NCBI GenBank assembly: GCA_051530055.1
Contig: CM121342.1
Location: 4,897,489 to 4,961,488 of the forward strand
Direction: 5' to 3'
DNA length: 64,000 nucleotides
From: Neoechinorhynchus agilis
Lineage: Eukaryota; Animalia; Acanthocephala
The position numbers and the translations under genes were made by a program. Shown in pieces: positions 1-13,564 of the stretch. Under the pieces are notes generated by a model, which saw only the letters and a program-made list of their open reading frames with translations, was not told the origin of the DNA and searched no databases. The number at the start of each line of letters is the position of its first letter. Position 1 is the first letter of the stretch.

Positions 1-322
1 GACTAACATATTTTCTAATGACGCGTAAAACTAAATTTTTTTGTTTGATGGCATTGAAATAATTGAGATCAATGAAAACCATTCAAATAATGTGCCATCA
101 AACAAAAAATTTAGTTTTACACGTCATCAGAAAATCGAAAATTACAGGGCTAAAATTCGACATCCGAGCGAATAACTCGATCTTAATAAGAATTGGTTTT
201 TTTGTCATTAAGAACGGAATTTCTACCATGTATTATCTGCCTCTCTTTTAAATCTTTCACTATTAAACCTTTAAAATGCCATACCAGCCAATGTTGATTG
301 GAATTTCCTAACCTTATTTTAG

Positions 323-1540
323 ATGAATGTGCCAAAATGGACGAATGCCACGTTTCAACCCGATTGTCCACCGTCGGGTACCACACTTGCAGATGGATAT
401 ATGCCGTGTACTCCTTGTGGTATTCAATCGCTTGATCAATACCTTGATGGATTCACAAATTCTACTTCAATGGGTTTGTCTATGGGATCGCTTTGTCTTA
501 TTGTCGATGACTCACAAGCTCACAGATCATTTGCTTCCGTAATAGAACGATGCTTCGTTGCTGAAGGCTTGTGCAGCGATCAATCGGTTGCAATTATTCT
601 TAATAACAATCGAGAATCCGAATTTCGATCTAGTATCCCAGCACCAAATGAAAATATGGAACCTAAAGAGGAAACGGATAAAAGCGTGAAACTCGATATT
701 GCATGGAGATATGAAAGGTACGATGCTAATCGCATTCTGTGCCAGTCACTCAGCACCGCACATGGAAGGCAGTTTAGACTAAACAAGAAGTTAGATACTC
801 GTGAAAATAGAATGCGGTTCTTTAAATTAAACTTATTATGTCAGGACGGCACTACTACCGGGTTTATCGTTCTATTCTTCATAAGCTTTAATTGTTTTGT
901 GGTCTTCAATCAAAATAAAAAATTATCTATGTTTCTACCCCTTTTTTCTCTCTTGCAATTCGACTTCCATTTGAACTTAGGTCTCAGTTTTTGAGCCTCA
1001 CTGAATCTTCATATTGTATAATCATTGGTCTTTCTTTTGCTCTGCCGGCCAAACAAAGACGCCAACAGACTTGATGTTCTTTATCGCCAGCTTAAAGACT
1101 ATTTGGAGGAGGAATTCGCAGTAAAAAACCGCGTAATACGTGTCCTATTCCAATCATTCGGATCTCCGCTTTGGTCCTGTGATAATTCAGAAGCAGTTCT
1201 CTTCTTATATAAACTCAAAAAAGTTATAAGAGATCGACCATGCGTATTCCTTATAACAATTCCTTCGTCCATCGATCGTACAACACTCTCTAAATTCGTA
1301 ATTGTCGCTGATTACGCCCTGAAACTAGTCCCTTTAAGAAATAACGAGGAATTAAAAGATATCAATGGATTTATACAAATTCTAAAGATGGAATCAATAT
1401 GTGCTTCAATGGCACCGATTCCCACTTGCGGCCGAAATCGCGGATCAGAAATATGCTACTCGATCACACATTCGAGCGCCATCGTTTCAGAATTCAATCC
1501 ACCTTCAGAGCCCGATCATTCGCCTCGATTGTGTTCCTAA
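323..1540 (+). CDS. ELP4: Elongator complex subunit 4 (PAXNEB family), at least 2 exons (about 323-861 and 1059-1540)
   Basis: Motifs PSGT..., CGIQSLDQYLDG, GSLCLIVDD, RCFVAEGL, LDIAWRYE, SFGSPLW and ADYALKL match the RecA-like Elp4 fold. Intron boundaries are approximate. Confidence 0.85.
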
Positions 1541-2224
1541 GCGAAAATTGAATAAATTCTTTTTATTGTCCTCGCCGAATTAAGATTCGGTTTTATGAAA
1601 TGGTTTATAAAGAAATCAAAATGATTCAAAAGCAGTAGTGGTCAATACGAATGAGTATAGAATCATTTGTTCGGACAATATTTCTTACAAAATTTTGCAT
1701 GTATTTAAAGTTATACGGAAAAGGGATTTATTTTGGAGGAATAAGGACGACTAATCAGTCTCAAATCTTGAAGTGTTGAAATCAACCCTCCCTCACTTAC
1801 GGTTATCCCGTATTTTGCAGCCTATCCAAATCACAAATCCGTCGTCTTAAAATTCTTCACAAAAGAGCATCTAAAATTTGCACGGCTGACTTCCCCTTCT
1901 CACGTCAATCCTACCACCACCACCACCACCACAATTTTTATCACATTTTATTAAACTTTTCTCATGAGCACAACACTCGTAATCCCGATTCGTTTCATCC
2001 TCCCTCAAACTCCGCTCCCGGTGTTCGTTGCTGCCCAATCTTCTCTCGGATATCATAACTTGAAATGAACCTGAGGAAAGACCCAACCTTATAAGCGCTG
2101 CTGCAAACAATAACTACCAATCCTGCCGGATGTTTTCAAACGAACGGATATCTCCCCGTCCGGATATTCCCACCCTAACTGTCGTACAAAAAACGGAATA
2201 ACTGTGTGTTTATGAGGACCCTAA

Positions 2225-2870
2225 GGTTTGGTGGGTACCTAGATTGTTGGCAGTTTCGACACGAGAATCGGAGGCGTGGTTGGAGGCTGTTCCTCTGGCA
2301 TCTGTGGGAACTCTTCTCAATGATGAGGTAACGAGGATCGCAGTATCCTTAAGACTTGGTCTCCCGATATGGGTCTTTGGTTGATGCTTTCGGGCGACAC
2401 GATCTCGTCTGCAGAAGGTCAGGAGGAAGGTTATCACGCCATTCTGAAATCAATAACGCAATTTCTCGGGCGTTGAGAACGGCGAACTTCCCGAACATCC
2501 TGGAACCTGCCCACCTTTGTCGAGCTGACGGAATTTCGGTCTTTCCCTAGCGGGAGGGCAAATGCCTTCTCTGGGACGCCACGTCCCTCCCATTAAGCAG
2601 CATTCCCTACTCGCTCGAAATCGCTGGAGGTGCAGCGGAAGGGAGGAAGGTACGAAAATATAGAGAATTAGCAAGACGTACGGAGCGCTCGGCACTCTGT
2701 TCCAGGATCTCTCGAAGAAATTGAGAGAAACAACCGGCGATGCAAGTGTATTCCTGCGACAAAATATCTCGCTGGCAGTACAACGAGGCAATGCTGCTAA
2801 CGTGATAGCGACAGCCGAGGAAGGAGAGAAGCTCCAATTTTTCGGACGTTGGTAATTGCACGTTTTGTGC
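2225..2870 (+). mobile_element. 3' fragment of a CRE-clade (restriction-like endonuclease) non-LTR retrotransposon, frameshifted
   Basis: Translated pieces RLLAVSTRESEAWLEAVPLASVGTLLNDEVTRIAVSLRLG, GRHDLVCRRSGGRLSRHSEINNAISRAL..EPAHLCRADG and FLRQNISLAVQRGNAANV match the CCHC knuckle and RLE C-terminus of CRE-type elements. Confidence 0.85.
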
Positions 2871-3099
2871 TTTATTAATAAACGTCGGATGCCAAAAAAA
2901 AGCATTATATGTAGTGTAAAAGATGGTAAGAAAATTGCGAACATGCTCCACATATACTTTTCTGGATATTATCTTCCATTTATTGGGTACGTGAAAAAGA
3001 GTTCTTCACTTTAGCACCACGACAAGAATTACCCGGCCCCGAGCACACACACCAATCTTCTTCACAACATGTATTTCTGCATTTACAACATCTATAAAT

Positions 3100-3840
3100 T
3101 TACTTTCCTTTAGATGTGTCTTCAAAAAGTCTTAAAGTGATTGCGAGTTTACTGATGTGCTGGCGCAAATACGGGTTCCTCTTGTTTCTTCTAAGAATTT
3201 CGAGTAAGACAATCATCTGATGAGTTTTAAGATCCTGAGTGCACAATCTTCGTTTAATCAATTGCTCCATTACCACAACAGCCAACGATTCATCATCTAC
3301 CTTAAAATCGGCTATGCTCACCGATTTGGCGAGATAAAGGAGCAAATCACTTAATGGCGTTTTGTCGTTTACAATAAGTGACTTTTTTTCATCTAACTTC
3401 TTTTTCGAATCCATCATGAAAGTCAACACGTCTACCTTTTGTTTGTCACTCAACAAAACGGCTGAATGATCGAGGCATTGAAAAAGATTGCTTGAAGTCT
3501 TATCAATCCACGGGGGAGACTCGGGCAAACTAAGAACCCGTTTCCGCTTTCCTACCACAACCTTATTTACTTTCACTTCAGGCTCTTTCTCCTTGATCAC
3601 ATAAATAAACTCAGATTTCCCACGTTTGCTTTTGGTTAATCCAGCCCCCATTTGAACAGGAAGCTCCTTTTTGTACAAGTAGAAAATAACGGCGTAAATG
3701 GTACCGGTTTTTTTAAATTGAATTATGTAAATTCCATCTACGTGTGTGTGTGCTTCCATGTAATCAATTTCTAAGACGCTATTTATGAACGTTTCGTAGT
3801 GATTTTGATGTTTCAAGTTCCTTTTGAGCCGAATTTCCAA
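3100..3840 (-). CDS. Intronless 246-aa ORF of unknown function
   Basis: Long open frame in AT-rich DNA with protein-like composition; no family confidently recognised; begins at a non-ATG codon in the ORF track. Confidence 0.4.
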   Translation of the reverse strand: MEIRLKRNLKHQNHYETFINSVLEIDYMEAHTHVDGIYIIQFKKTGTIYAVIFYLYKKELPVQMGAGLTKSKRGKSEFIYVIKEKEPEVKVNKVVVGKRKRVLSLPESPPWIDKTSSNLFQCLDHSAVLLSDKQKVDVLTFMMDSKKKLDEKKSLIVNDKTPLSDLLLYLAKSVSIADFKVDDESLAVVVMEQLIKRRLCTQDLKTHQMIVLLEILRRNKRNPYLRQHISKLAITLRLFEDTSKGK

Positions 3841-4148
3841 TCATTTAAAGGCAAACTCGTCAATAACGTAAAGGATCATTAATAGTTCTGTGAGCTAAAA
3901 AACAAAGAATTTCAAGAACTATTTTTCGCGAATTTCGCGAGATCATTGCAGGGGTTTCTGAATCTTACGTTGAAGCAGCTTTTTCGTCGTTTTTCATTGA
4001 GTTGCTCTTAAAACAAAATTCACTTATTTATCAGAACATGACATTATTCAGTTAAAAAACTCGATGAGTAATAAACCAACCGAGAGCCCCATTTTTCTCC
4101 AATGAACGATGGCATCGATTAGAATTGTTTTCAGTCGATGTGGATAAC

Positions 4149-7100
4149 AAAAACCCCGGCTAATTGCGACTTCTAATTTTATTTTTAGAGATATTTCAAC
4201 TACAAATCATGGGGCCCGTTTATGTGCCTTCGATGCCAGCAAAGACCTTTTCCAATGAGCGTTTTTAAGTATTTATAAAACGAATATTTTTGATTTATTG
4301 TTCTGAAATATGCGCAAATCGAATTTTTTTTGCTTTTGAAGAATTCTATTATTTCTGCTCAAGGAAAAACACGAATACTAACATGTTTTCAATTCTTTTT
4401 TTTTGAATTCCGTTTTTCTTTATTGTTTAAGCACGACAAAATTTGGACATTCATTTTTTAAGGTAAGCAAAAAACCCCGGCTAATTGCGACTTCTAATTT
4501 TGTTTTTAGAGATATTTCAACTACAAATCATGAGGCCCGTTTATGTGCCTTCGATGCCAGCAAAGACCTTTTACAATGAGCGTTTTTAAGTATTTATAAA
4601 ACGAATATTTTTGATTTATTGTTCTGAAATATGCGCAAATCGATTTTTTTTTGCTTTTGAAGAATTCTATTATTTCTGCTCAATGAAAAACACGAATACT
4701 AAAATGTTTTCAATTCTTTTTTTGAATTCCGTTTTAGTTTATTGTTTAAGCACGACAAAATTTGGACATTTATTTTTTAAGGTAAGCAAAACCCCGGCTA
4801 ATTGCGACTTCTAATTTTATTTTTAGAGATATTTCAACTACAAATCATGGGGCCCGTTTATGTGCCTTCGATGCCAGCAAAGACCTTTTCCAATGAGCGT
4901 TTTTAAGTATTTATAAAACGAATATTTTTGATTTATTGTTCTGAAATATGCGCAAATCGAATTTTTTTTGCTTTTGAAGAATTCTATTATTTCTGCTCAA
5001 GGAAAAACACGAATACTAACATGTTTTCAATTCTTTTTTTTTGAATTCCGTTTTTCTTTATTGTTTAAGCACGACAAAATTTGGACATTCATTTTTTAAG
5101 GTAAGCAAAAAACCCCGGCTAATTGCGACTTCTAATTTTGTTTTTAGAGATATTTCAACTACAAATCATGAGGCCCGTTTATGTGCCTTCGATGCCAGCA
5201 AAGACCTTTTCCAATGAGCGTTTTTAAGTATTTATAAAACGAATATTTTTGATTTATTGTTCTGAAATATGCGCAAATCGAATTTTTTTTGCTTTTGAAG
5301 AATTCTATTATTTCTGCTCAAGGAAAAACACGAATACTAAAATGTTTTCAATTCTTTTTTTTGAATTCCGTTTTAGTTTATTGTTTAAGCACGACAAAAT
5401 TTGGACATTTATTTTTTAAGGTAAGCAAAAAACCCCGGCTAATTGCGACTTCTAATTTTGTTTTTAGAGATATTTCAACTACAAATCATGGGGCCCGTTT
5501 ATGTGCCTTCGATGCCAGCAAAGACCTTTTACAATGAGCGTTTTTAAGTATTTATAAAACGAATATTTTTGATTTATTGTTCTGAAATATGCGCAAATCG
5601 AATTTTTTTTGCTTTTGAAGAATTCTATTATTTCTGCTCAAGGAAAAACACGAATACTAAAATGTTTTCAATTCTTTTTTTTTGAATTCCGTTTTTCTTT
5701 ATTGTTTAAGCACGACAAAATTTGGACATTTATTTTTTAAGGTAAGCAAAAAACCCCGGCTAATTGCGACTTCTAATTTTGTTTTTAGAGATATTTCAAC
5801 TACAAATCATGAGGCCCGTTTATGTGCCTTCGATGCCAGCAAAGACCTTTTCCAATGAGCGTTTTTAAGTATTTATAAAACGAATATTTTTGATTTATTG
5901 TTCTGAAATATGCGCAAATCGAATTTTTTTTGCTTTTGAAGAATTCTATTATTTCTGCTCAAGGAAAAACACGAATACTAACATGTTTTCAATTCTTTTT
6001 TTTTGAATTCCGTTTTTCTTTATTGTTTAAGCACGACAAAATTTGGACATTTATTTTTTAAGGTAAGCAAAAAACCCCGGCTAATTGCGACTTCTAATTT
6101 TGTTTTTAGAGATATTTCAACTACAAATCATGAGGCCCGTTTATGTGCCTTCGATGCCAGCAAAGACCTTTTCCAATGAGCGTTTTTAAGTATTTATAAA
6201 ACGAATATTTTTGATTTATTGTTCTGAAATATGCGCAAATCGAATTTTTTTTGCTTTTGAAGAATTCTATTATTTCTGCTCAAGGAAAAACACGAATACT
6301 AAAATGTTTTCAATTCTTTTTTTTTGAATTCCGTTTTTCTTTATTGTTTAAGCACGACAAAATTTGGACATTCATTTTTTAAGGTAAGCAAAAACCCCGG
6401 CTAATTGCGACTTCTAATTTTGTTTTTAGAGATATTTCAACTACAAATCATGAGGCCCGTTTATGTGCCTTCGATGCCAGCAAAGACCTTTTACAATGAG
6501 CGTTTATAAGTATTTATAAAACGAATATTTTTGATTTATTGTTCTGAAATATGCGCAAATCGATTTTTTTTTGCTTTTGAAGAATTCTATTATTTCTGCT
6601 CAAAGAAAAACACGAATACTAAAATGTTTTCAATTCTTTTTGAATTCCGTTTTACTTTATTGTTTAAGCACGACAAAATTTGGACATTTATTTTTTAAGG
6701 TAAGCAAAAAACCCCGGCTAATTGCGACTTCTAATTTTGTTTTTAGAGATATTTCAACTACAAATCATGGGGCCCGTTTATGTGCCTTCGATGCCAGCAA
6801 AGACCTTTTCCAATGAGCGTTTTTAAGTATTTATAAAACGAATATTTTTGATTTATTGTTCTGAAATATGCGCAAATCGAATTTTTTTTGCTTTTGAAGA
6901 ATTCTATTATTTCTGCTCAAGGAAAAACACGAATACTAACATGTTTTCAATTCTTTTTTTTTGAATTCCGTTTTTCTTTATTGTTTAAGCACGACAAAAT
7001 TTGGACATTATTTTTTAAGGTAAGCAAAAAACCCCGGCTAATTGCGACTTCTAATTTTGTTTTTAGAGATATTTCAACTACAAATCATGAGGCCCGTTTA

Positions 7101-7430
7101 TGTGCCTTCGATGCCAGCAAAGACCTTTTCAATGAGCGTTTTTAAGTATTTATAAAACGAATATTTTTGATTTATTGTTCTGAAATATGCGCAAATCGAA
7201 TTTTTTTTGCTTTTGAAGAATTCTATTATTTCTGCTCAAGGAAAAACACGAATACTAAAATGTTTTCAATTCTTTTTTTTTGAATTCCGTTTTTCTTTAT
7301 TGTTTAAGCACGACAAAATTTGGACATTCATTTTTTAAGGTAAGCAAAAAACCCCGGCTAATTGCGACTTCTAATTTTGTTTTTAGAGATATTTCAACTA
7401 CAAATCATGAGGCCCGTTTATGTGCCTTCG
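4149..7430. repeat. Tandem satellite, ~320-bp unit, ~10 copies
   Basis: AAAACCCCGGCTAATTGCGACTTC recurs at about 4154, 4475, 4792 and onward with near-identical units. Confidence 0.97.
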
Positions 7431-7988
7431 GTAAAGATTAATTTCTCTAGTGTTCTTGATCTGTCTCTCGCTGGGTTTTTTGTCGTTGTGTCTTCACACA
7501 CAAAGTCGAATAAATATTCGCTGTTTTTTCCATAGCGTCTCCTGGGGTGACAGATAAGTATTCGGTTCTTTTAGTTTGTTAGTGGTTCTAAAGTCAGAAT
7601 GTCATCAGGGAAAGTGACAGAAGTAATTTGTAACTAAATCATTATTCGCAAGAGGATGCAATCGAATTATTGAGAGTGTTATTTTCGGAAAAACGCCATT
7701 GTTTTCGCTCCATCCTTCGTTTTATTTGATTGTATACTCTTTTTTTTGTTGAACACATCTCGAGGAATGAGAGTGGGGCGTCACCATTTGCTCACAAACG
7801 GGTGAACTCAGAGCATTCGTCATATGAATGGAGGAGAGATGTGGAGCATTCACCGCCCTCAACGTACACATACTCATATTTCGAGCCCATCTCCACATTT
7901 TCTTTTGAACAAGTTTAAAAAAAAGTAGTGTGCACATGCACAGTGGTAGAGACTATGACTAACTTCCAAGTTGACAGTGGCAATATCA

Positions 7989-10083
7989 ATGGGCCTCATT
8001 TGGACATGTGAATATTGCGAAAGTTCAAACATGTTCTACAGTGAAAAGTGTTCAAAATGCTCATATGACCACATCAAACGTAGCCGATCAAGAGGCTGGA
8101 ACAGAGCTGCTTCCATTGAAGCTTTCAATCGTGGTACAATTCCAACCAAAAATGCTTCCTACACAAGTGGAAACAGGAAATTCCGAGATCCACAGTTCCA
8201 ACCAAATGACAGTTCACTCTATGGAGACTCCATGCACACAAAATACTCAATTCTGCAATCCTTCCATGGATCAAGTAGGTCTCTTGGGTTTTTGAACATT
8301 ACTTCCTTTTTATTAAGACTCCAAATACAATTGGCACGTCGAACGGTGGCTTCCACCTGAAATGATCAATTTTTCTGAAAGTGACTATCGATGGCCATTG
8401 AGTGTGTTCAATAGTCCCGTTCCAAATGATATTGTACAAGGGAAACTTGGAGACTGTTGGTTAATCGCTGCTCTGTCACTCGTCGCTGAGGTACCATCTA
8501 TTCTATACAAAATCCTAATTACAAAAGAGTATAACCCGAAAGGTAAATAGACTTTCAAATCCTAGAGTTCTTGCAATCTTTGAAAACGTCTTAGATAACA
8601 AATCATCTTCGTCCATTTAGGAATATACCATGTTAGGCTGTGTGATCGTGGTATGTGGAAAGTAATAACTGTCGATGATCGACTTCCAGTAAACAAATAC
8701 GATAGTTTCATATTTACGTTCGCTAAGCGGAGGCAACTATTTGCTTCTCTTATTGAAAAAGCGTTTGCCAAACTTCATGGAAACTATAATGCTCTCAAAA
8801 GTGGTCGATGTGATGAAGGACTACAAGCGCTCACGGGTGAACCGACCGAAGTAATCTTTTTACGCCAAACGAGCCATGGAACTGAAAATGGAACCAAACA
8901 CAGCGGTCGGTTAGACCGGGAAGCCATTTGGAACCGGATTCTGGCAGCAAAACGAGCCGGATACTTAATGACGTGTCCAGCTTCGAATTCCAAGCTCACG
9001 GATGGATTTTTCGACAAGTACGGCATAGAATCCAACCACGCTTACAGTATCATTGACGTTCAAATTAATCCTTTAGATATAAGAGGTATTTAAACAATCT
9101 TATTCGGGTGATCTGAAGATCGTTTGAATGCCCACTTGTATGTAGATGGACATAGGATAGTCGTGCTGAGGAACCCTTGGGGCGGAACGAGCGCCCATTC
9201 ATTAAATCATGGTACTCATTCCGCGATTGTGCCTCAAGATTCGAATGGCTTAATAACTCTGAACTATCAAGACATGCCAACGTTCTTTAGTTCAATTTCT
9301 TTGTGTAAATTCAATCCAACATGGACTGAAGTTAGGAAACGAGGACAATTCGGTTCATTTGCATCAATGACCATTGATTCCGTTTATGTATTGGAGATAA
9401 AGCAAGTAACACAAATCGATATTGAGCTTTTTAACGCGGGTGACGGTTATTATTACAATCGAAGACACGACCCAGACGTCGATCTATGTCTAATCGTTCA
9501 AAAGGAAAACAAAATCATTTGCTATAACCATGATGTGGATTTCTATGTATGTGCCACTACAATGACTTTAAGCCCTGGTCGTTATATAGTTTATGCATTA
9601 TCATTTGCTACTTTCCATTTGGGAGTTTACCCAATCTACAACATTGTATTCCACGCATCTCATCAGTTCGTTGTTCATGACCATTCCATCAGTTCCAAGT
9701 TGCTCGGATGGCTGTTTCAGCAGGTTGCATTGCGATACAACAATTTTCATATGTTGAGCAGACAAGCAAGGATACTTACTTTCAATGACAACGGAAACTT
9801 TGGGATGGTTATTGAAAATAGATATAGCCAAGCAATCAAGATTCACAGTGATTTTAGAGGAACAAAGAATGTCAACACTTCAAGATTGGGGAACTTCTGC
9901 GTTGATGTGGTTCCACCAATGTCTAGAATGTTGATTGCAATATTTGTTCGCAGGATATATCGGGGAAATGTACTCATCTCATATAAAAGCAAAGCACAAA
10001 AAACAAACCAGTTAGAGTCACATCAACCGAAACTATCCACCGAAAATTACTACCTTCATCGAGCAATTCCTATCAGTGTATGA
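7989..10083 (+). CDS. CAPN15: Atypical calpain of the SOL/calpain-15 type: RanBP2-like zinc finger, CysPc protease domain and C-terminal SOL-homology region; short GT-AG introns near 8275-8316, 8543-8620 and 9086-9149
   Basis: WTCEYCESSN..KCSKC zinc finger; catalytic QGKLGDCW, HAYS and RNPWG; TVDDRLP and LIEKAFAKLHG motifs. An upstream exon is possible. Confidence 0.85.
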
Positions 10084-10706
10084 ATTAACCTTATGATGAA
10101 AATGTACATTTATCTAAAATAAAAAAGACTAAACTTTATTTAAATGGGCTCGTAATCCGAAATCGAACATAACAATCGACGTTCAGTCGCGTTATTTGAG
10201 AGTTTTAAAGTAATATCAAATTGTTACTTGGTGTGGGCTCTTTGAATTCTCACTCCTTTTAACTACACCATTTGTGATTGATATCGGCTTCGAGCAATTA
10301 ATCAAGTTATTCCAATTACACTTAAACCGAACGAAAAATGTAAATTTCGAATATGGAATCCACAGTGTATAATAATGGCCAGCTAATGCGGAAAAAAACG
10401 ATAAGTTATTGAACAATGCCAAGTCGAACTTGCCGCACAAGTTGAAAAATTCCAAATGAAATTTCATACTTTAAATAAAGTTCATCAGTTAAGAACAACC
10501 TTTTTTGCTCGTTTTTTAAAATTCGAGATATAATCAAAATAAACAAAGTAACGTTTGCTCATAACTTTTAAAAGTCTAGCCATTTCGAAGAGTTTGTCGA
10601 ACTCGTGGCCACGAAGGTCATAGTAGAATTGATGCAATGTCTTCGGAAAGTTTACCGAATAACTCATCCACACGCTAAAATTATTAATTCTATATTTTAG
10701 TCATTC

Positions 10707-10871
10707 TTGTTGTGCGGATAAAACCTCGAGAAATATTCTCCTATTACTTGATATTTCGTGGACAAAATCAACCTGAATTTACCTCTGCTAACAATGTCTG
10801 AAGAGGTGGATTTTGTCCACGAAATATCAAGTAACAGGAGAATATTTCTCGGGGTTTTATCCGCACAACAA
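10707..10871. repeat. Foldback (~60-bp near-perfect inverted repeat) whose right half carries a minimal hammerhead-like core
   Basis: TTGTTGTGCGGATAAAACCTCGAGAAATATTCTCC..GTGGACAAAATC pairs with GATTTTGTCCAC..TTATCCGCACAACAA. CTGAAGA-G-GTGGA-ttttg-TCCAC-GAA-ATAT-C lies at 10798-10828. Confidence 0.8.
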
Positions 10872-11599
10872 AAATATCTTTCCACCCCAATGTGATCCTA
10901 CATGAAAATTTTTTGGCTATTGTTTGAAGATTTAATTATTGTTTATGACGGTAAAAAATTGAATTTTGGATTTATTAAATGCCCAGAATTCTGATTTTTG
11001 AATTCACACAATATAAGAATTTGTTTGGTTGTTTGATTTTCGTCTCTTTGGACTTCGTCAGGTCTAAAAAGGTAGAAACAATGTGGCTTCGTCCTAAACA
11101 AAAAAGATATATCCTTGAACAACTTCTTTACAACAATCAAACAGGTCCTTAGTGAATTTGTTCATTCAAAAATCATAAACTTTTATTAAATTTGATATTT
11201 CGGCATGCGGATTGAACACTTTCAAGCAACCTTGATAAAGTCACAAACGTGTGTACCTCCGAAACCAATCAGATCACAGTCCTAAGGACCTGACACTCAC
11301 ATCATGATGCCAATATTCAATCAAGTGTCCTCGTATTTCCAATAATTCCATCTAACCGACCGACAATTTAGGAAAATGGAATTAAACCTTCTAAAAACTC
11401 TTTCCAGTACTCGCACTTTAGCGAATACCGAGGAATTAATATCAAAGATGCAAATAATCTTAGCTACTCTTTAAACTCAGGCCTGCTCATCAACATTTAT
11501 GACCAAAAGGATTTTTCTACCATTGTTTAACTAGAATATTTTTGCGATGAGAGTAAAATTGTTTAGAAGGACATTTTTAACAATGTGATCAAAGACTTT

Positions 11600-13300
11600 T
11601 TTTACAAAAATACGATTAAGCCGATGGTATTTTCGATTTTGGAGGAAGAAGATGGCGTTAATTCTTGGAGAAGACGCGTTTCCCGAAGTTGAAGAACCTC
11701 ATTGGTTCCATTTTTCGTCTAATGGAATACAGTTTTTGCTGGTATTTATGCGGTAGTTTTTTGGGGTTTGAAAAGAAAACCCGGCTTGTTTTTTATCGCT
11801 AATTCAGTGGAACACTAGATTTACTTAGGACTTGCCAGTAGAAAGCTGTTCGAACATTTTGGTTAGTTTCTTTATTTTTTCTGTCTTTTCTCCTCTTGAT
11901 TTTTTTTGTCCATTTTCGAATCCCGAAAGCTTGTTGAAATATGCAATGTGTTGGGAAGTCGACTCGATACTACTTTCAATATCAGAACCATCATATCTTT
12001 GGATCCCACGAAGCATCCTATGAGACATTAGATTATCTGGAAGGAAAAAAAGGTAGATTCACACCTTAAATCCTCCTCACGCTTGATTGCTTCTCTCTTT
12101 TCTTCATCAATTGAAGGTTTTCGTTCGTACAGACCACTATCTTAAACAAAAAAAGGACATTTAACGTGCTTAAGGACTTGTCAGCGAACATAACCTTCTT
12201 TTTTGATATTAGAACCATCATTTGTTGCTTGCCAGTACTGCTGAACTCTTGCATTATTTTCAAGTGAGCCATTACTGTCTCTCCTTCCCTTCAGTAAACC
12301 TAATTGGCGTAATTCCTTTTCCCTCGCTTTGGTTTGTTCGATCTCGTACTTTATTTTCTCTTCGGTTGACATGATGTATGGTTCTTTGTGATTGCCTTTA
12401 AACGGTCCCTTGTATAAAGCAGGAGAGTCTTTGGAATATATATACTCATCGTCGTCGTTGTCGTCGTCGATTCCTTGTTCCTCATCAGGACAATCTTCGA
12501 GTTCTTCGATTGGTAGACCTCTCTCCGCTTTCCATTCTTGTTCTCTTATTCTAGCTTGTTCCACTTCCTCCATAATAAGATCCATGTACTTCTTTGTTTT
12601 TCGTGAACCTCCATTCCAAACTAAAAAGATACAAACGTTTTTTTTAATGTGATTGCTTCATTCCATAACGGTTAGATTGCAAGTACCTGCAGGCTCTACT
12701 CGATAAATCATTCTATTTTCTACCACTTTTTGCGGTGTAGAGTGCCGTGGAGTGTTATTTACTTAGTCATTACTTCTATGACTTTTAGTTCACTCACCTG
12801 GATTACTCTTCATTTGAACCGGTGGAGACGCTTTTGACGTTATGAACTTCTTTTGCCGGCTTACATTATTCAGCGCCTTGAAAAGTATTTAGTACCGAAA
12901 ATATTAAATCTTTTTTTACTTTTTTCACAACTGGTCCATTGATGGACAAGGCTCGCGGCCTGGGTGGAACAGGAGGCGGAACGAGACCATGGTTAGTGGA
13001 AGCATTCGAAAGGACGTTCAGCTTTTCTTCACTACTCATGAAAACCTCCTTAGTTCGAGGAAACGTGTCCGTCTTAAGCGAAGTCTGAGCATTTCTAATA
13101 CTCTTAGTTACGATTGTCGAGCAAGAGCTATCATCAGTATAGTCCAAAGACGATTCTGAAGTATCATTCCACGCTTTTCTTAGCTTCGAAGATCCGGGTA
13201 CATCGTGAATCGACTCTGATCCACCACCAACCGCCACTTGTGCTTCGGGGACTTTTTTCTTTAGTTCCGACATGACCGAAATGAAATTTGATTGAGACAT
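11600..13300 (-). CDS. Multi-exon gene(s) for an uncharacterised low-complexity, charged protein
   Basis: Minus-strand ORFs 12866-13300, 12181-12585 and 11825-12028 are flanked by GT/AG sites. Acidic tract, PPPVPPRP and repeated E-x-EQ-xx-RE-x-E coiled motifs. Exon joins not resolved. Confidence 0.5.
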
Positions 13301-13564
13301 TGTGCTCCAATCACTGCCTTCGAGTAGAACGTTAGGTATCGTCGATCAAGTCACCGATAATGGATGAATTAGAGTCTTAAAGATAATCTTACGATTTGAG
13401 CGAATTTAGTAGTAGTTTCGCAACGAGATGCCTCTTTTTCGGCAAACATGTGATTCATCGCCCCTTATACAACAAGACTTAAAATGGCGAATTTTTGGGT
13501 TTGGCACTCGGAAAAAAAGAGAAAATTTGACCCATTAAACTCATTTTCATTGTTCGGATCAATT

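Noticed and set aside
1871-2110. Minus-strand ORF ending in a (GGT)n tract
   Set aside because: No family signal; may be chance, with the poly-Gly coming from a short CCA microsatellite.
4611-7145. ORFs within the 320-bp satellite (and likewise 20423-23689 and 43863-44725)
   Set aside because: Repeat-derived frames that open and close with homopolymer length changes.
10880-11420. Possible decayed Penelope GIY-YIG remnant on the minus strand next to the foldback
   Set aside because: Only a faint DCD-x-IG trace with stops; too weak to call.
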